From Rebecca billardiae RCC1528 (lineage: Eukaryota > Protista > Haptophyta), in NCBI GenBank assembly GCA_965240325.2, contig OZ251241.1, forward strand, positions 1,054,001-1,118,000: DNA of 64,000 nt, in the 5' to 3' direction. Each line of letters begins with the position of its first letter. Position 1 is the first letter of the stretch. The notes under the pieces are model-generated. The model was not told where the DNA came from. It saw nothing but the letters and a program-made list of their open reading frames with translations, and ran no database searches. The position numbers were made by a program, and so were the translations under genes. Of this stretch, positions 1 through 10,919 are shown in pieces.

Positions 1-1
1 T

Positions 2-951
2 GCGCGACGAGTTCAGCTCCACCTGCTGCTCCGTCAGGCGCACCTGCTGCTCCAAGATGATCGCGTGCTCAGCAGGAGTCACGCGCTGCTCGTGCAGCTG
101 CACCTGCACGCGGCCTGCTGCGGACGCGCGCGGCGCGCTGGCGTCGGGGGGCGAGTAGAGGTCGCGGAAGGGGCAGCTGTCGTCGCCGGCGCCCAGCGAC
201 GTGTCGTCGACATCCAGCTCCGCCTTCCTCTCCGCCGCCGACGCGCCCTGCTTCCGGCTCAGGATGCGCTCCATGTCCTCGTGCTTGCCCTTCCACCACC
301 TGTGCACGGTCATCAGCCAGATGCCGATCACCTCGAGCCGCGGCGAGTCGTGGCGCAACGAGATGCCGAGCGCATCCACGCAGACGAGCGTGAGCGCCTT
401 GGGCTTCTTCGTCCGACCGTCGCGCGCGGTCTGGGCGCACGCAGGGGTGAACACTCTGACCAACGGCTTGTGCTTCTTCGAGTTCTCAAGCATGAGCTCC
501 ACGAGACCACGAGCGTGCGGAGGAGGTCGAGGAGCATGAAGTCGAGCACCGATGCGTACCGCGGGCGAGTGCCGGCCACGCGCCAGCTGGTCGAGGGCTG
601 TAGCACGTGGATGGCGCGCGCCGCCACCGCCGTCTCCTCGAGCTGCTGCGCGCTGACGTTGACGTCAGGCCGTAGCTCGGGCCTGCACGGTTGCTCACAG
701 TCGAGGCCGTCCGCGGAGGAGGCGAGCCCCTCGGCGGTGCCGGCAGGCACCTCGGGCGGGTCGCACACACCCATGGGCACGCGTGCATCATCATCTGCCG
801 CGCCCTGGACCTCGTCATGCCCGGCACAGCGGTCCGCAAGTTGGTCGGCGGCAGCTGGCCCTTGCGGCAGAGGCGTCGCGGGCACGTCCGAGGGCGAGAT
901 GGCAGCGACGGGTGGGGAAGGAGACAGTGTCCAGTCGTTGTCGATGCCCAT
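2..951 (-). pseudogene. Frameshifted gene of unknown function, running off the window edge (coiled-coil-like EQQV repeats toward the C-terminus)
   Basis: Strong GC3 codon bias in the 328..1110 frame down to ...DFMLLDLLRTLV. It then continues in another frame (ELMLENSKKHKPL...EQQVRLTEQQVELNSSR), open to position 2. The switch coincides with ccacgag-a-ccacgag at 499-513; removing 8 nt gives a single reading RTLVELMLEN. The start (ATG 951) is uncertain. Confidence 0.5.
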
Positions 952-1609
952 TTCACCATATTGCGCATGTTCGTCTCCGTATTGCTCTCCTGCACGTGCT
1001 CCTAGGACGCGCTCCTTGGTCGCGAGCAGCACACGTCGAGCACGCAGATTCAAATGATGAAGCACGAGCGTCGTTTGGCCAGCGACTCCCAGCGAGAGCC
1101 CGGTCCACATGAACCGTGGCTACGTGTCCGTGTCCACCGAGTCGCTCGGCGAGGCGCCTGCGCCGATGTGGGCGCGCCCAATGGCGAGCGGACGGCCGTC
1201 GACGAGGGCCATCAGCCTTGCCGACCCCGTTCAGAGCTCCGCTCCCGCGCCGGGCCGAGCCGAGCGCGGATTTGGAATCTGCCGATCGCGAAAACACGCC
1301 GAACAAGTTCTGAAAAGGAAAAGAAAAGAAATCAAAACTCGATTTAATCAGATGGACCCCCTACTATGATCAGCTCACCAAAGTGCTATATCAAAGTGAC
1401 GTCTGTTGACCCTATATATCACGTTTAAGACGCCCGTTACATGGCCGTTACATTGGCCACAGACCATTTCCAATAAGTAAATAGGACCACCGTTACTCCC
1501 TATATTTACAGCATGTACCACTGGTTTTTTAACCAGGCAGGCCAGGGGCCATCTCCTGGGGCTGGAATCCAGCTCGAGACGAAAGTAAACATCGCGCTAT
1601 GAGCTCGCG

Positions 1610-2670
1610 GAGGCCACTTCACCGAAATCCAGGTTGGGGAGGATCTCCGCTGCACTGGTGGGGAGGATGTCATCCTCCCCGCTCGCCACGGCTGGGGAGG
1701 ATGTCCGCCGCGCTGTCCGGTCTTTCGCCGCTGACAAAACTTTCGAAAACGAAAGTCGCGCCATGGCGGACCCGGTGTTCCCGCCCGGCGGCGAAAGGGG
1801 CGCGGGGCCGGTGGCTCGCGATCCGAAGGGCAGTAGCTCGCGACCTCGCTTGGGCGGTGGCAGCGGCGCTGTGGCACGGCGTGTACCATCCGCGCGGCTG
1901 TGCGCGATCGCGCGGTCCCGTTCGTCGCCACGCCGCGCGCGACCGTTCACGCCACAGTCTTTCCGCACTGGCATGCACCCGTTGCAAGCGCATGACGGCG
2001 GAGAGCTCAGAGAGCCCGTCACGCGCGTGACGACCGTGTGGGATGGGTTGTACAGCTTGTCTTCATGTTCAGGGAGGCACGCGCCGGCCCATGAGGCGGG
2101 CATGAGGATCATGGACGGCTGCTGTACTGTCCACAACTCCATGGCCGTGTGGCTTTCAGCAGTTAGGAATGGTCTGAACGTTGGATGGGCTCATCAGAAA
2201 GCCTACGAAGGGCAGCCTTCATATCGGCACAACCCATCCCACACGGTCGTCACGCGCGTGACGGGCTCTCTGAGCTCTCCGCCGTCATGCGCTTGCAACG
2301 GGTGCATGCCAGTGCGGAAAGACTGTGGCGTGAACGGTCGCGCGCGGCGTGGCGACGAACGGGACCGCGCGATCGCGCACAGCCGCGCGGATGGTACACG
2401 CCGTGCCACAGCGCCGCTGCCACCGCCCAAGCGAGGTCGCGAGCTACTGCCCTTCGGATCGCGAGCCACCGGCCCCGCGCCCCTTTCGCCGCCGGGCGGG
2501 AACACCGGGTCCGCCATGGCGCGACTTTCGTTTTCGAAAGTTTTGTCAGCGGCGAAAGACCGGACAGCGCGGCGGACATCCTCCCCAGCCGTGGCGAGCG
2601 GGGAGGATGACATCCTCCCCACCAGTGCAGCGGAGATCCTCCCCAACCTGGATTTCGGTGAAGTGGCCTC
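1610..2670. mobile_element. Non-autonomous foldback/MITE-like DNA element, 1061 bp, with 442-bp terminal inverted repeats
   Basis: 1610-2051 is the reverse complement of 2229-2670 (no mismatch seen), with a 177-bp spacer. The direct repeat tcgcg lies at 1605-1609 and 2671-2675 (TSD-like). Termini are GAGGCC...GGCCTC. No transposase ORF. Confidence 0.85.
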
Positions 2671-3636
2671 TCGCGCTCTGCGTCACTATAATCACACAGT
2701 GGCCAGTGGGCCCACCTATGACGAAGGGGCGCCAGGGATGGACTTCACGGGGCGTCACGGGGGGTCCCTGGAGTTTCAGTTCCGCCGCAGCGCGCTTTGT
2801 GCGCTGCGGGCCCGTCTCCACGCGTGGCGGCCGCCGAGGCATGCTGTCCAATTCGCCCCTAGCAGTGGCTGAGGCATGGGAATCGAGCTCAGAGACGCGC
2901 GCACGGAGGAAAAGCGTGTGCAGCGGCTCGGACGGTTGCTCGATCGGACCTAGTCACTCACAGTCACGCCAGCGCAACGCCAACCGTGCCTTGCCTCGGA
3001 CTCGGAGTCCGCCCTTCGGGCCTTCCTGGACCTGAGTCCGCGCACGCGTCTTGCGCTTATGAAAGTTCGGCCTTGTCACCTATTGTCATATTGTGTGCGG
3101 AACTCATCACGAAACCAGTTTGAAAAAAGGCGAAGGCAGCGAGATGCGCGACCTGGCGCGTGCGCAGACGACGTCCCACGACCAGGTGAGTTCAGCGAAC
3201 GTCGTGAGCCGTCGTCCGAAGTCCGAACGAAGGCCTCAGGGCCGACCCGTGACCGCACTGAGTCGCTGACCGCAGAGCAGCCCGCTGACACTCTGAATAT
3301 AGATCTGCATGATTCTTAGTCAATCAGTGATATCGACAAATTCGACAATAAAGTGACGTCCGCCGCGATCAGACGCGATAATATGACCGCGTTCCGCGGT
3401 CCTTTTCTGCATAGAATCAACGCAGTTAGGGGCCCGCGGTGGCCGTGCAATCGCGGCTCTCCGCCGTAGTGGCAGTTCGCCAGTTGAAGTCGGTTCTGAG
3501 ATGACTGAAGCTATATTAGTCCGACCGTCGCCCTGCCTGCGCGACCGCGAGACTCATTCACACTTCACACAATCACAGCAGCGGACCTGAGACCGCACCC
3601 GGCACCGGTCGTCAAATCGGACGTCCGTCTGACAAC

Positions 3637-3782
3637 TAGCTGCCAAATGTCCAACTGGCTGATCAGCTCGGATCCGACCCGTCCGCGATCGTGCCATCGG
3701 CATCGGAATTACTACTAGTAGCTGCCAAACTGTGTCCAACTCTGGCTGATCAGCTCGGATCCGACCCGTCCGCGATCGTGCC
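3637..3782. repeat. Imperfect ~60-bp direct repeat (2 copies)
   Basis: tagctgccaaa..tgtccaac..tggctgatcagctcggatccgacccgtccgcgatcgtgcc at 3637-3695 and 3719-3782; the copies differ only by short insertions. Confidence 0.85.
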
Positions 3783-5156
3783 GAGTGAGTCGTGCCGCGG
3801 AGCTCGGAGTACTGAAGGAGTCGGGTGTGACAGCAGGGTGCTTTAGCGCTGCGGCCCGTGCCAGCCAACGACCAGACGTACTCTGGCCACTTGACCCGTT
3901 GCACGGGTGAGTGACCGGGTACGCCCTGCCTAGTGCCTACCGCGCGCGCCGCGCGACCGGCGACTCGGGGTGATGGAGAGCGGATGGCGACAGCAGCAGC
4001 AGTCCTCATGAAGACGATGAAACTGGCGGCACGGGTGCACGAGGTGGCAGGCGAAAGCGCGCCGACGAGACCGCATTTGACACACCTGAGCCGCACGCGC
4101 GTGCCGTCGCCGAGCCGGGCGAGCGCTGCAAACGCGCAACCGTACCGCGCGCGCCACGACGGCGCGGCACTAGCTGATGCAGGCCGTACTGCCGGCACTG
4201 CTTCTGCGATCATGCGCCACGGTCGCAGCTGACTGCGTGAGCAGCAAGCGGGAGGCGGGTCCGGAGGCACGTGCAGGCGCCGTCCCGCATATCCGCCATC
4301 GCCCATCGTGCCGGGGCACGTCACCTCCGACGATCCGGATGTGGCCCAGTCCGGACGTCACGCGATCCGGGAAGACGAGTACGATTCGCTCGTAACGAAC
4401 CGTTACACTAATGTCACGTCCAGCTGACGTCCAGATCGCACTTTACTTAAGGGAATCAGCTGGGCGCGGTTTTTTTTGGCCTGATAGACCTCTCAATGCG
4501 ATCTCAAAAACTCGAAACTCGGTCTCCGCCAGCCCTAAAAATCGCCCCCCGTCCCTTTTTTTCCGCCGCCCCCCATCCCTTTTTTCTTGATCAAAGATCT
4601 TTTTGAAACGTGGTTCGGGCCCGCTGGTGCGGGCTCCACGCTGCGCGCTCCGCCCTGCACCGCGGGCCATAATCGTCTGAATACTCGATATACAGTTTCG
4701 GCGACCGGGCACTGCCGCCGACGAATCAGGAGACCCGCGTCGTCCTACCTGTGTCGTTCAATCATAGAATCATGAGCTTACTGTTACGAATAAGAGAAGC
4801 AGCTCAGGCAACAGGCCGCGCAGGCGAGATTGAATTTACTATGATTTTTAACGTGCACAACTGGTTAATTAGGCGTGATTATAGCGCCCCCTTCGCGAGG
4901 ATTCGCTGTGATTCGGCGAAGCGGGGCTCGGCGAAGCGAATCGGCTTCGTGTTTTATTCAGCATAATAATAATAATTCATATTCATATTCCATGATTTAG
5001 ACGTTCCAGAATGAGCGACGACACGAAGTTGAAGTCTTCGGCGTTGGTGGCAGCAAAGGACCATCAACGTCCTTTGGTGGTGAGCAGCAAGGAATCAAGG
5101 CTGGGGGCGCGCAACTCTCACAGCCTTGCACCCCTTCTGGCCCCTCGGCGCTCACG

Positions 5157-6224
5157 ATGCTGTGCTGCGCCGCGCGTAACGAGCCGCCGCCGCCGGGGCT
5201 GACGGGGCGCGATGCATCGATGTACATGGGCACTGGCGTGTACGTTGGCGCCCAGTACAAGCGTGTGTGCCACGCCGCGCGCACCAACCTGACCAAGCGC
5301 GAGGATGCGATACTCGTTGCAGAGCTCGACGAGCTCGCCGCGCCCGGGACCGCGTCGCCGCAGCTGTTCGCGGTCTTCGATGGGCACGGTGGCCCGCAGG
5401 CGGCACAGTATTGCGCCACGCACATGAAGTCCCTTCTTCTCCAGGCATACAACCAGAGCGACGCCAAGCTCGAGGTGCACGAGCGGTACGCAGCGGCATG
5501 CAAGGCGGCGTTTGCGCGTGCGAACGCCGAGCTCGCCCAGCAGGGCATTCCGGATGGCACGACTGCGACGGTTGTGATCGTCAACGGCGATCAGATCGTG
5601 GCGGCAAACGTGGGCGACTCGCACTGCTACTTCTTCCCCGGCTCGGCGGGCAGTGAGCCGCAGCGGCTCACGGCCGACCACCGCGTCGAGGCCGCAACGG
5701 AGGCTGAGCTGTCGCGCGTGAAGAATGCGGGCGGCCGGATCGCCCGCGCGACCGCCTCCGACGGCAAGACGCCGATCGGGCCAGAGCGGCTGTACCCCGG
5801 AGGCCTCATGATGACGCGTTCGCTCGGCGACGCGGACTCCTCCAAGGCCGCCATCCCCGAGCCCGAGGTAAGCACTCTGGCGTACCCCGTGGACGGCGGC
5901 ACGCTCGTGCTTGCGTCTGACGGCATCTGGGACTTCCTCGACGTGCCGCGGGTCGGGCGGCTGGTGGACACGTCGCGCACCGGGCAGCCGCGGCTTGGAC
6001 CGACGTGGCTCGCGAAGGCGACGATCACAGCCACTGCTGAGAAGAACCAGGGCGACGACGACGTCTCCCTCGTGTGCGTGCGGCTAGGCAGGCCCAAGAA
6101 GCGACGCACCCTCACGATGCGCTTAACTGGCCGCTCCGCCACCATCGTCTTCCGCACGACGACCGGCTCCTCAGGGCCGGTCTCGCCGTCGATCAAGGAC
6201 AAGGGCGGCACCGCGAGGGTATGA
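5157..6224 (+). CDS. Protein phosphatase 2C (PPM family)
   Basis: Motifs AVFDGHGG, GTTA, VANVGDS, LTADH, MTRSLGD, LASDGIWD, DDVS. Extra exons are possible at both ends (ATG 5011; possible donor near 6220). Confidence 0.93.
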   Translation: MLCCAARNEPPPPGLTGRDASMYMGTGVYVGAQYKRVCHAARTNLTKREDAILVAELDELAAPGTASPQLFAVFDGHGGPQAAQYCATHMKSLLLQAYNQSDAKLEVHERYAAACKAAFARANAELAQQGIPDGTTATVVIVNGDQIVAANVGDSHCYFFPGSAGSEPQRLTADHRVEAATEAELSRVKNAGGRIARATASDGKTPIGPERLYPGGLMMTRSLGDADSSKAAIPEPEVSTLAYPVDGGTLVLASDGIWDFLDVPRVGRLVDTSRTGQPRLGPTWLAKATITATAEKNQGDDDVSLVCVRLGRPKKRRTLTMRLTGRSATIVFRTTTGSSGPVSPSIKDKGGTARV

Positions 6225-6673
6225 GCACGAGCGCGTGCAGGCAGCATCCTGGCGCAAGATCAGTACTGTACATCGGCCAGGTGGTGTTCGCTCTGGCTGA
6301 GACGTCGCATTTGCCCCGACGCTGGGAGGGCACATGGCGTGCGTCGCCGGGCCGCGCAGCTGGCGCGTTCGCGTTGTTGCTTGTTCCCGCGGCGCTAGAT
6401 ACTGATAGGCATTATTAGAATAGAGTCGTATCATTAGAGACGACTATTTTATTCTATAATATATATATAGAGAGAGAGAGAGACTAATAATATTAAGCTG
6501 CGTCACGGCCTGTCGCGCGGACCGATCTGATGAGCCGCTGGCGGCGGATGACTACTCTCACGTGCAGCTATACGGTCGTAGTCAGTGCATGCTCAGAGTC
6601 TGACACTGATCCAACACTCCGCCTGAGACAGCTGCTAAGTCCCGGCAGTCAAGTAGCTAGCTAGGCCAAGGCG

Positions 6674-7627
6674 TCACGCCCCAGGCGCTGCGCTCGCGCC
6701 GCCGCTGCCGTCCTCCCAGTGGAACGTCTGCGAGTTCTCGGTGCGAGCTGTCAGCGCCTCGACGCCGTGTTCAGTCACGAGCAGCGTGTGCTCGAACTGC
6801 GCCGAGCGCGCGCCGTCCGCCGTCGTGATGGTCCAGCCATCCGCCCACTCGAGAATGTCGGCTGAGCCAGCGTTCAGCATCGGCTCGATGGTGAACGTGT
6901 GGCCCGGTAGCATCACGCCGTAGTCGGTGCCACTGGCGTAGTGCACGACGTTGGGCGGCGCGTGGAAGACGCGCCCGATCCCGTGCCCGCAGAACTGACG
7001 CACCACGGAGTAGCCGCGCGGCACGGCGTATGCCTCGATCACCTCGCCGATCCGGCCGTAGGGCACGCCCGGACCGCATGCGTCGATGGCAGCCTGCCAT
7101 GCGTCGTGCGTCACGCGCACGAGGCCGCGCGACGCGTCATCGACGTCACCGACAAGCACCATCTCGGAGAGGTCGCCATGCACGCCACCAATGTAGCACG
7201 ACACGTCGATATTGACGATGTCCCCGTCGAGCAGCTCGGTGTCGTCGGGGATGCCGTGGCAGACGACCTCGTTGATAGAAATGGCTGCCGCCTTCGGGAA
7301 GCCGCAGTAGTTGAGGGGCGACGGGTACGCGCCCCGGGCGATTGCTTCGGCGTGCACGATTGCGTCAAGCTCATCTGTCGTCACTCCGGGGCGCACAGCC
7401 GCCACCACCGCGTCGAGGACCTCCCGCGACACGCGCGACGCCGCGCGCATGGCCTCCAGGTACTCACCCGCCTTCACGTCGGGGGCGCGCATGGTTGCGT
7501 GGCGTGGGCGGCCATCCTCCGCGTAGTCGGGACGTGCGATGTGCGCGGGCACCTCGCGAGGGGGCGAGCGCTTGCCTGGGCGTAGCCTCCCCGAGTAGCG
7601 CGTGGCGCCGAGCAGCGAGCGCAGCAT
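6674..7627 (-). CDS. MAP1: Methionine aminopeptidase type 1 (probably organellar; no N-terminal zinc finger)
   Basis: Motifs YPSPLNYCGFPK, SINEVVCHGIPD, DIVNIDVS, HGDLSE, GHGIG..FH, FTIEPM, SAQFEHT. Probable start MLRSLLGATRY at 7627, rather than the longer ORF start. Confidence 0.95.
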   Translation of the reverse strand: MLRSLLGATRYSGRLRPGKRSPPREVPAHIARPDYAEDGRPRHATMRAPDVKAGEYLEAMRAASRVSREVLDAVVAAVRPGVTTDELDAIVHAEAIARGAYPSPLNYCGFPKAAAISINEVVCHGIPDDTELLDGDIVNIDVSCYIGGVHGDLSEMVLVGDVDDASRGLVRVTHDAWQAAIDACGPGVPYGRIGEVIEAYAVPRGYSVVRQFCGHGIGRVFHAPPNVVHYASGTDYGVMLPGHTFTIEPMLNAGSADILEWADGWTITTADGARSAQFEHTLLVTEHGVEALTARTENSQTFHWEDGSGGASAAPGA

Positions 7628-7826
7628 GGATCCACACGCCCAGCACGCCCGACTCGGCAGTGCTGCCCTCCAGCGCTCGCGACGTTGATGCAGAGTCCGG
7701 AATCCCCGGCGAGCCCGAAACGTGCTGGTGTCCGGGGTACACCAGTGAATGAGGCCGTTGGTGCACTGGCCGCTCCTCCACAAAGCGCTGCGCTCATCCG
7801 CCGCTCCTCACTCGACGACGGGGATC

Positions 7827-8708
7827 ATGGACGAGCAGTTCGCCGCCGCGCACGAGAGGCTTCCGCCGGAACTGCTGCAGCACATCCTGGCTCTGCTCTC
7901 CTACACCGATCGAGTCAAGGCCGGAGGAGTCTGCAAGAAGTGGCGCGAGGCACTCCTGGGCGATCCTCGCCTGTGGATGCGAGTCGCAATGCGCGAAGGT
8001 GGCAAGCTGCGTCCGGGTCTCTTCGACGAGTGTGCGAGGATCGGCATCAGTCGTGCCAGCCCTTCACTCGTGTATGCGGAACTGGACTGCGAAACGCTGA
8101 CTGCTCGGGGCCTAAGTGGCCTCTCCGCGTGCACCACGATGGCTCGGCTGAGCGTGAGCAGCAATCTTGTCTCGGCCGAGGAGATCGCAGCCTGCCTTCC
8201 ACCAAAAGACGTCAGCAAGCTCGACTCAGTCTTCATCGCAGGCTGCAACGTCGACAAGACAAGCCTCGAGGTGTTGCGCGGCGCGCTACCTGAGGACTGC
8301 GACCTCGACATGGACGCGTGCGAGTTGTGCGACAACGTCTGCGACTCGTGCGTACTCTGCAACGCGTGCGACGAGCTGATGTGTGACCAGTGCAACCAGC
8401 TGATGTGCGACTGCTGTGAGGAGTCGTGGTGCGAGGCATGCGTACCCGACATGGGTGGGCACTGCGAGGAGTGCGGCAAGTACCTGTGCGATGGCTGCCT
8501 GTCAGCAGGTGGCGAGGCGATGCTGCTGATGTGCGAGTGCTGCGAGCGCGTGATGTGCAGTGGCTGCACCCGCCTCAGGTGGGCGATCTGCGACGCGTGC
8601 AGTGGGCTCATCTGCAGCGCGTGCCAACAGTCGTCCGCGTTCGTATGCGAAGAATGCGGCTGTTGGTACTGCGCGCCGTGCCAAGAGAGCGACCGCGCAT
8701 GTACCTAG
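7827..8708 (+). CDS. F-box protein with degenerate LRR-like middle and Cys-rich (14 x CxxC) C-terminus
   Basis: F-box motif RLPPELLQHILALLSYTDRVKAGGVCKKWR..LW. The C-terminal part is repeated CxxC-x4-CxxC. Divergent from MAP1 with ~200 bp between the starts. Confidence 0.85.
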   Translation: MDEQFAAAHERLPPELLQHILALLSYTDRVKAGGVCKKWREALLGDPRLWMRVAMREGGKLRPGLFDECARIGISRASPSLVYAELDCETLTARGLSGLSACTTMARLSVSSNLVSAEEIAACLPPKDVSKLDSVFIAGCNVDKTSLEVLRGALPEDCDLDMDACELCDNVCDSCVLCNACDELMCDQCNQLMCDCCEESWCEACVPDMGGHCEECGKYLCDGCLSAGGEAMLLMCECCERVMCSGCTRLRWAICDACSGLICSACQQSSAFVCEECGCWYCAPCQESDRACT

Positions 8709-10035
8709 GAGACATCAAACGAGGCAGCTCAAATTGGCGGCGACAAGCACGAGCCCGACGAGACAATCGTCTCGGTTGACGATCCCGGCACCGATGACTG
8801 CGAGCCGGAGATGGTGTGGTGGCGACCGAGAGATTCGGATGGCATAGCTATACGCGTAAACTGGCGATCAGAGAGGGCTTCCGGGGCTACACTATCATCA
8901 CGCGCACTCTTGGTCATCGGGATGCAGGTCTGCTGAACCTACTATTGGTACTGCGCCATGCTCATAATGTGAACTTTAATGTGAACACGGGCCAATCAGG
9001 TTTCCGGCCCCGTGTACAACATCAACCCTGGCGACCAACATCAACGTGCTCACACCACCGCACTGCTGCAAGCTTCGACCAGTACCACGACAGACGAATC
9101 AGGAGAGCTGAACCCTCGTGCCTGTGTCTTGAGTGCGCGTGATATCACGGCGTGATCACGTCACGTGATCCGTCACGTCACGACGCACGTCACGCCGGCC
9201 ACTGCGGCCTCATGCAGAGACCAATCCGGTAGTCGGTATCGGGTATCGGCATGTGCCAACCCGGACTGGTTTTTTCATTATATGAGATCGTCGTAGCAGT
9301 TTGTATTTGGCGCTAAATAAATAGGCCCAATGATTGTTTTCGTCGCCTCGACCCGACGCCCCCCCTCCCCCCCGGCGGCGGGGGGAGGGCCCCCGAGCCC
9401 CCCAGCGGGCCAGTGGGCCGGACTTGTCAAGTGATGGCACGTGATCACTGCTGCTGTTGGGCGGACATGACGACACGTGACTCAGTGACGTGACGACGGT
9501 CACGCACGACGAATCCTGGCAGGCTCCCTGCCAAGGAGCCGCTCCGCAGGACTATACCGTACTCCGTAGGCAGAACCAATATTCCAATCAAGGGCGGTTT
9601 CCAATACGCCTCACGCGCGCGCGATGAGCTGGATCTGCATGTTCTGCTAATCGTCAATAAGAGTCGCGAGAGCTTGCCTGCGCAGCGTGATCTCGCGAGA
9701 GCGTTTGGAAGCGCGGCCGCCCGCAATAGCACCGCGTCCAGTGAGTGGGTCGTGCACCCGGGCTGCAGTGGCCTCACTGCCCGTCGGGCGGGCCGGAAGG
9801 CGCTTCCGGCGCAGGGCATGGGTGCCACGCACTTCTTGCCTCACGCCACGCTCTGATTGTGTCTCTCTCGCGCAGCACGCCGCTGTGAGCCGTGCCAATC
9901 CACGAGTGCCGAGCCGCCGTCGTGAGGCCCTGCGCGTGAGCTGCGCTGCCACACAGCGCGTGCGGGACAGCTGAGGTGTTTCAATGCTGTAGGCTAAATG
10001 CTGGTATTTTAAAAGATTTCCAACTTCAAAATGCG

Positions 10036-10099
10036 CTTTTTGATCCGAGGCTAGGAGACCCCCGCCCCGCTGGTGGTCTCCTAGCCTCGGATCAAAAAG
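10036..10099. repeat. Perfect 25-bp inverted repeat with 14-nt loop
   Basis: ctttttgatccgaggctaggagacc (10036-10060) pairs with ggtctcctagcctcggatcaaaaag (10075-10099). Confidence 0.9.
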
Positions 10100-10154
10100 T
10101 TGGTGTATGCACGTTTACTCTTAGTAAGTTGGTGTATGCACGTTTACTCTTAGT
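10097..10154. repeat. Exact 29-bp tandem duplication
   Basis: aagttggtgtatgcacgtttactcttagt occurs at 10097-10125 and 10126-10154. Confidence 0.9.
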
Positions 10155-10919
10155 AAAGTGTACTGTACCCCTTCTGGCTGTCCCGACAATGACCGGGGCC
10201 AGACGGAGTCCCGATGATGATTGTGTCCGCGGATTCTGGCTCCACTTGACCGATTTCGAAGAGGACTATGTGTGTATTCCGAGATTTGATGCAAATGGCC
10301 CCATCGTAGCCTGTGGGTGCCACGACGCGGTGGCAACCCCTTGTCTGCCTGTAGCTCGACTCAGATGTGTTCCATGGACAACGACCAGGCAGCCGTGCAG
10401 CGCCGCGCCTGTCGTCATGGCGACCGCGAGCGTGACATCGCAAAGAAAAATATTGAGGCATGGGGCGGCGCGGATGTGGACTGGTCTTTCTGAACATCAT
10501 GAGCTGGCCTCATGCAACGTATCCACAAAGCACCTCAGGAGAGCCGACACGGAATGGGCGCGCAGATGCTGCGCCCCGCGGCGGAGGCTCGAAGCGCCGC
10601 CATGCGTAGCCCCCGACCGATCCGCTGGGACACCGTGCGCGCGGTACCAAAGTCAGTATGTTATAATTAAAGATTCTTCAGTACAATAGTAGCAGTGAGT
10701 ACTAACAAGGGTAGAAGACTAGTAGTACTACGTACTGTCGTACTCTTGAGCAGGGTCTCAACCGTCGTCGCGAGCTGCCATTGGCTGACGCACGCACAGA
10801 TACGATGACTTATGACACATTGAACATTTGGCGCGAAACGCAACGCAACAGCGCCAACTTGTTTGTTCTGTCCACATCCGCGATTCCGCCCGATCGACGA
10901 GCACACAATCGTCCTCGCG

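Noticed and set aside
1597-2872. Mirror-image ORFs (412, 181, 147 aa) on both strands
   Set aside because: They are by-products of the inverted repeat in GC-rich DNA, with no domain motifs.
4443-4610. T-rich block with duplicated cgcccccc(g/a)tcccttttt, a possible TE end
   Set aside because: No matching opposite terminus or TSD found in the window.
9976-10689. 237-aa ORF spanning the hairpin
   Set aside because: It lacks the genome's GC3 bias, includes the tandem duplication and has no recognisable domain.
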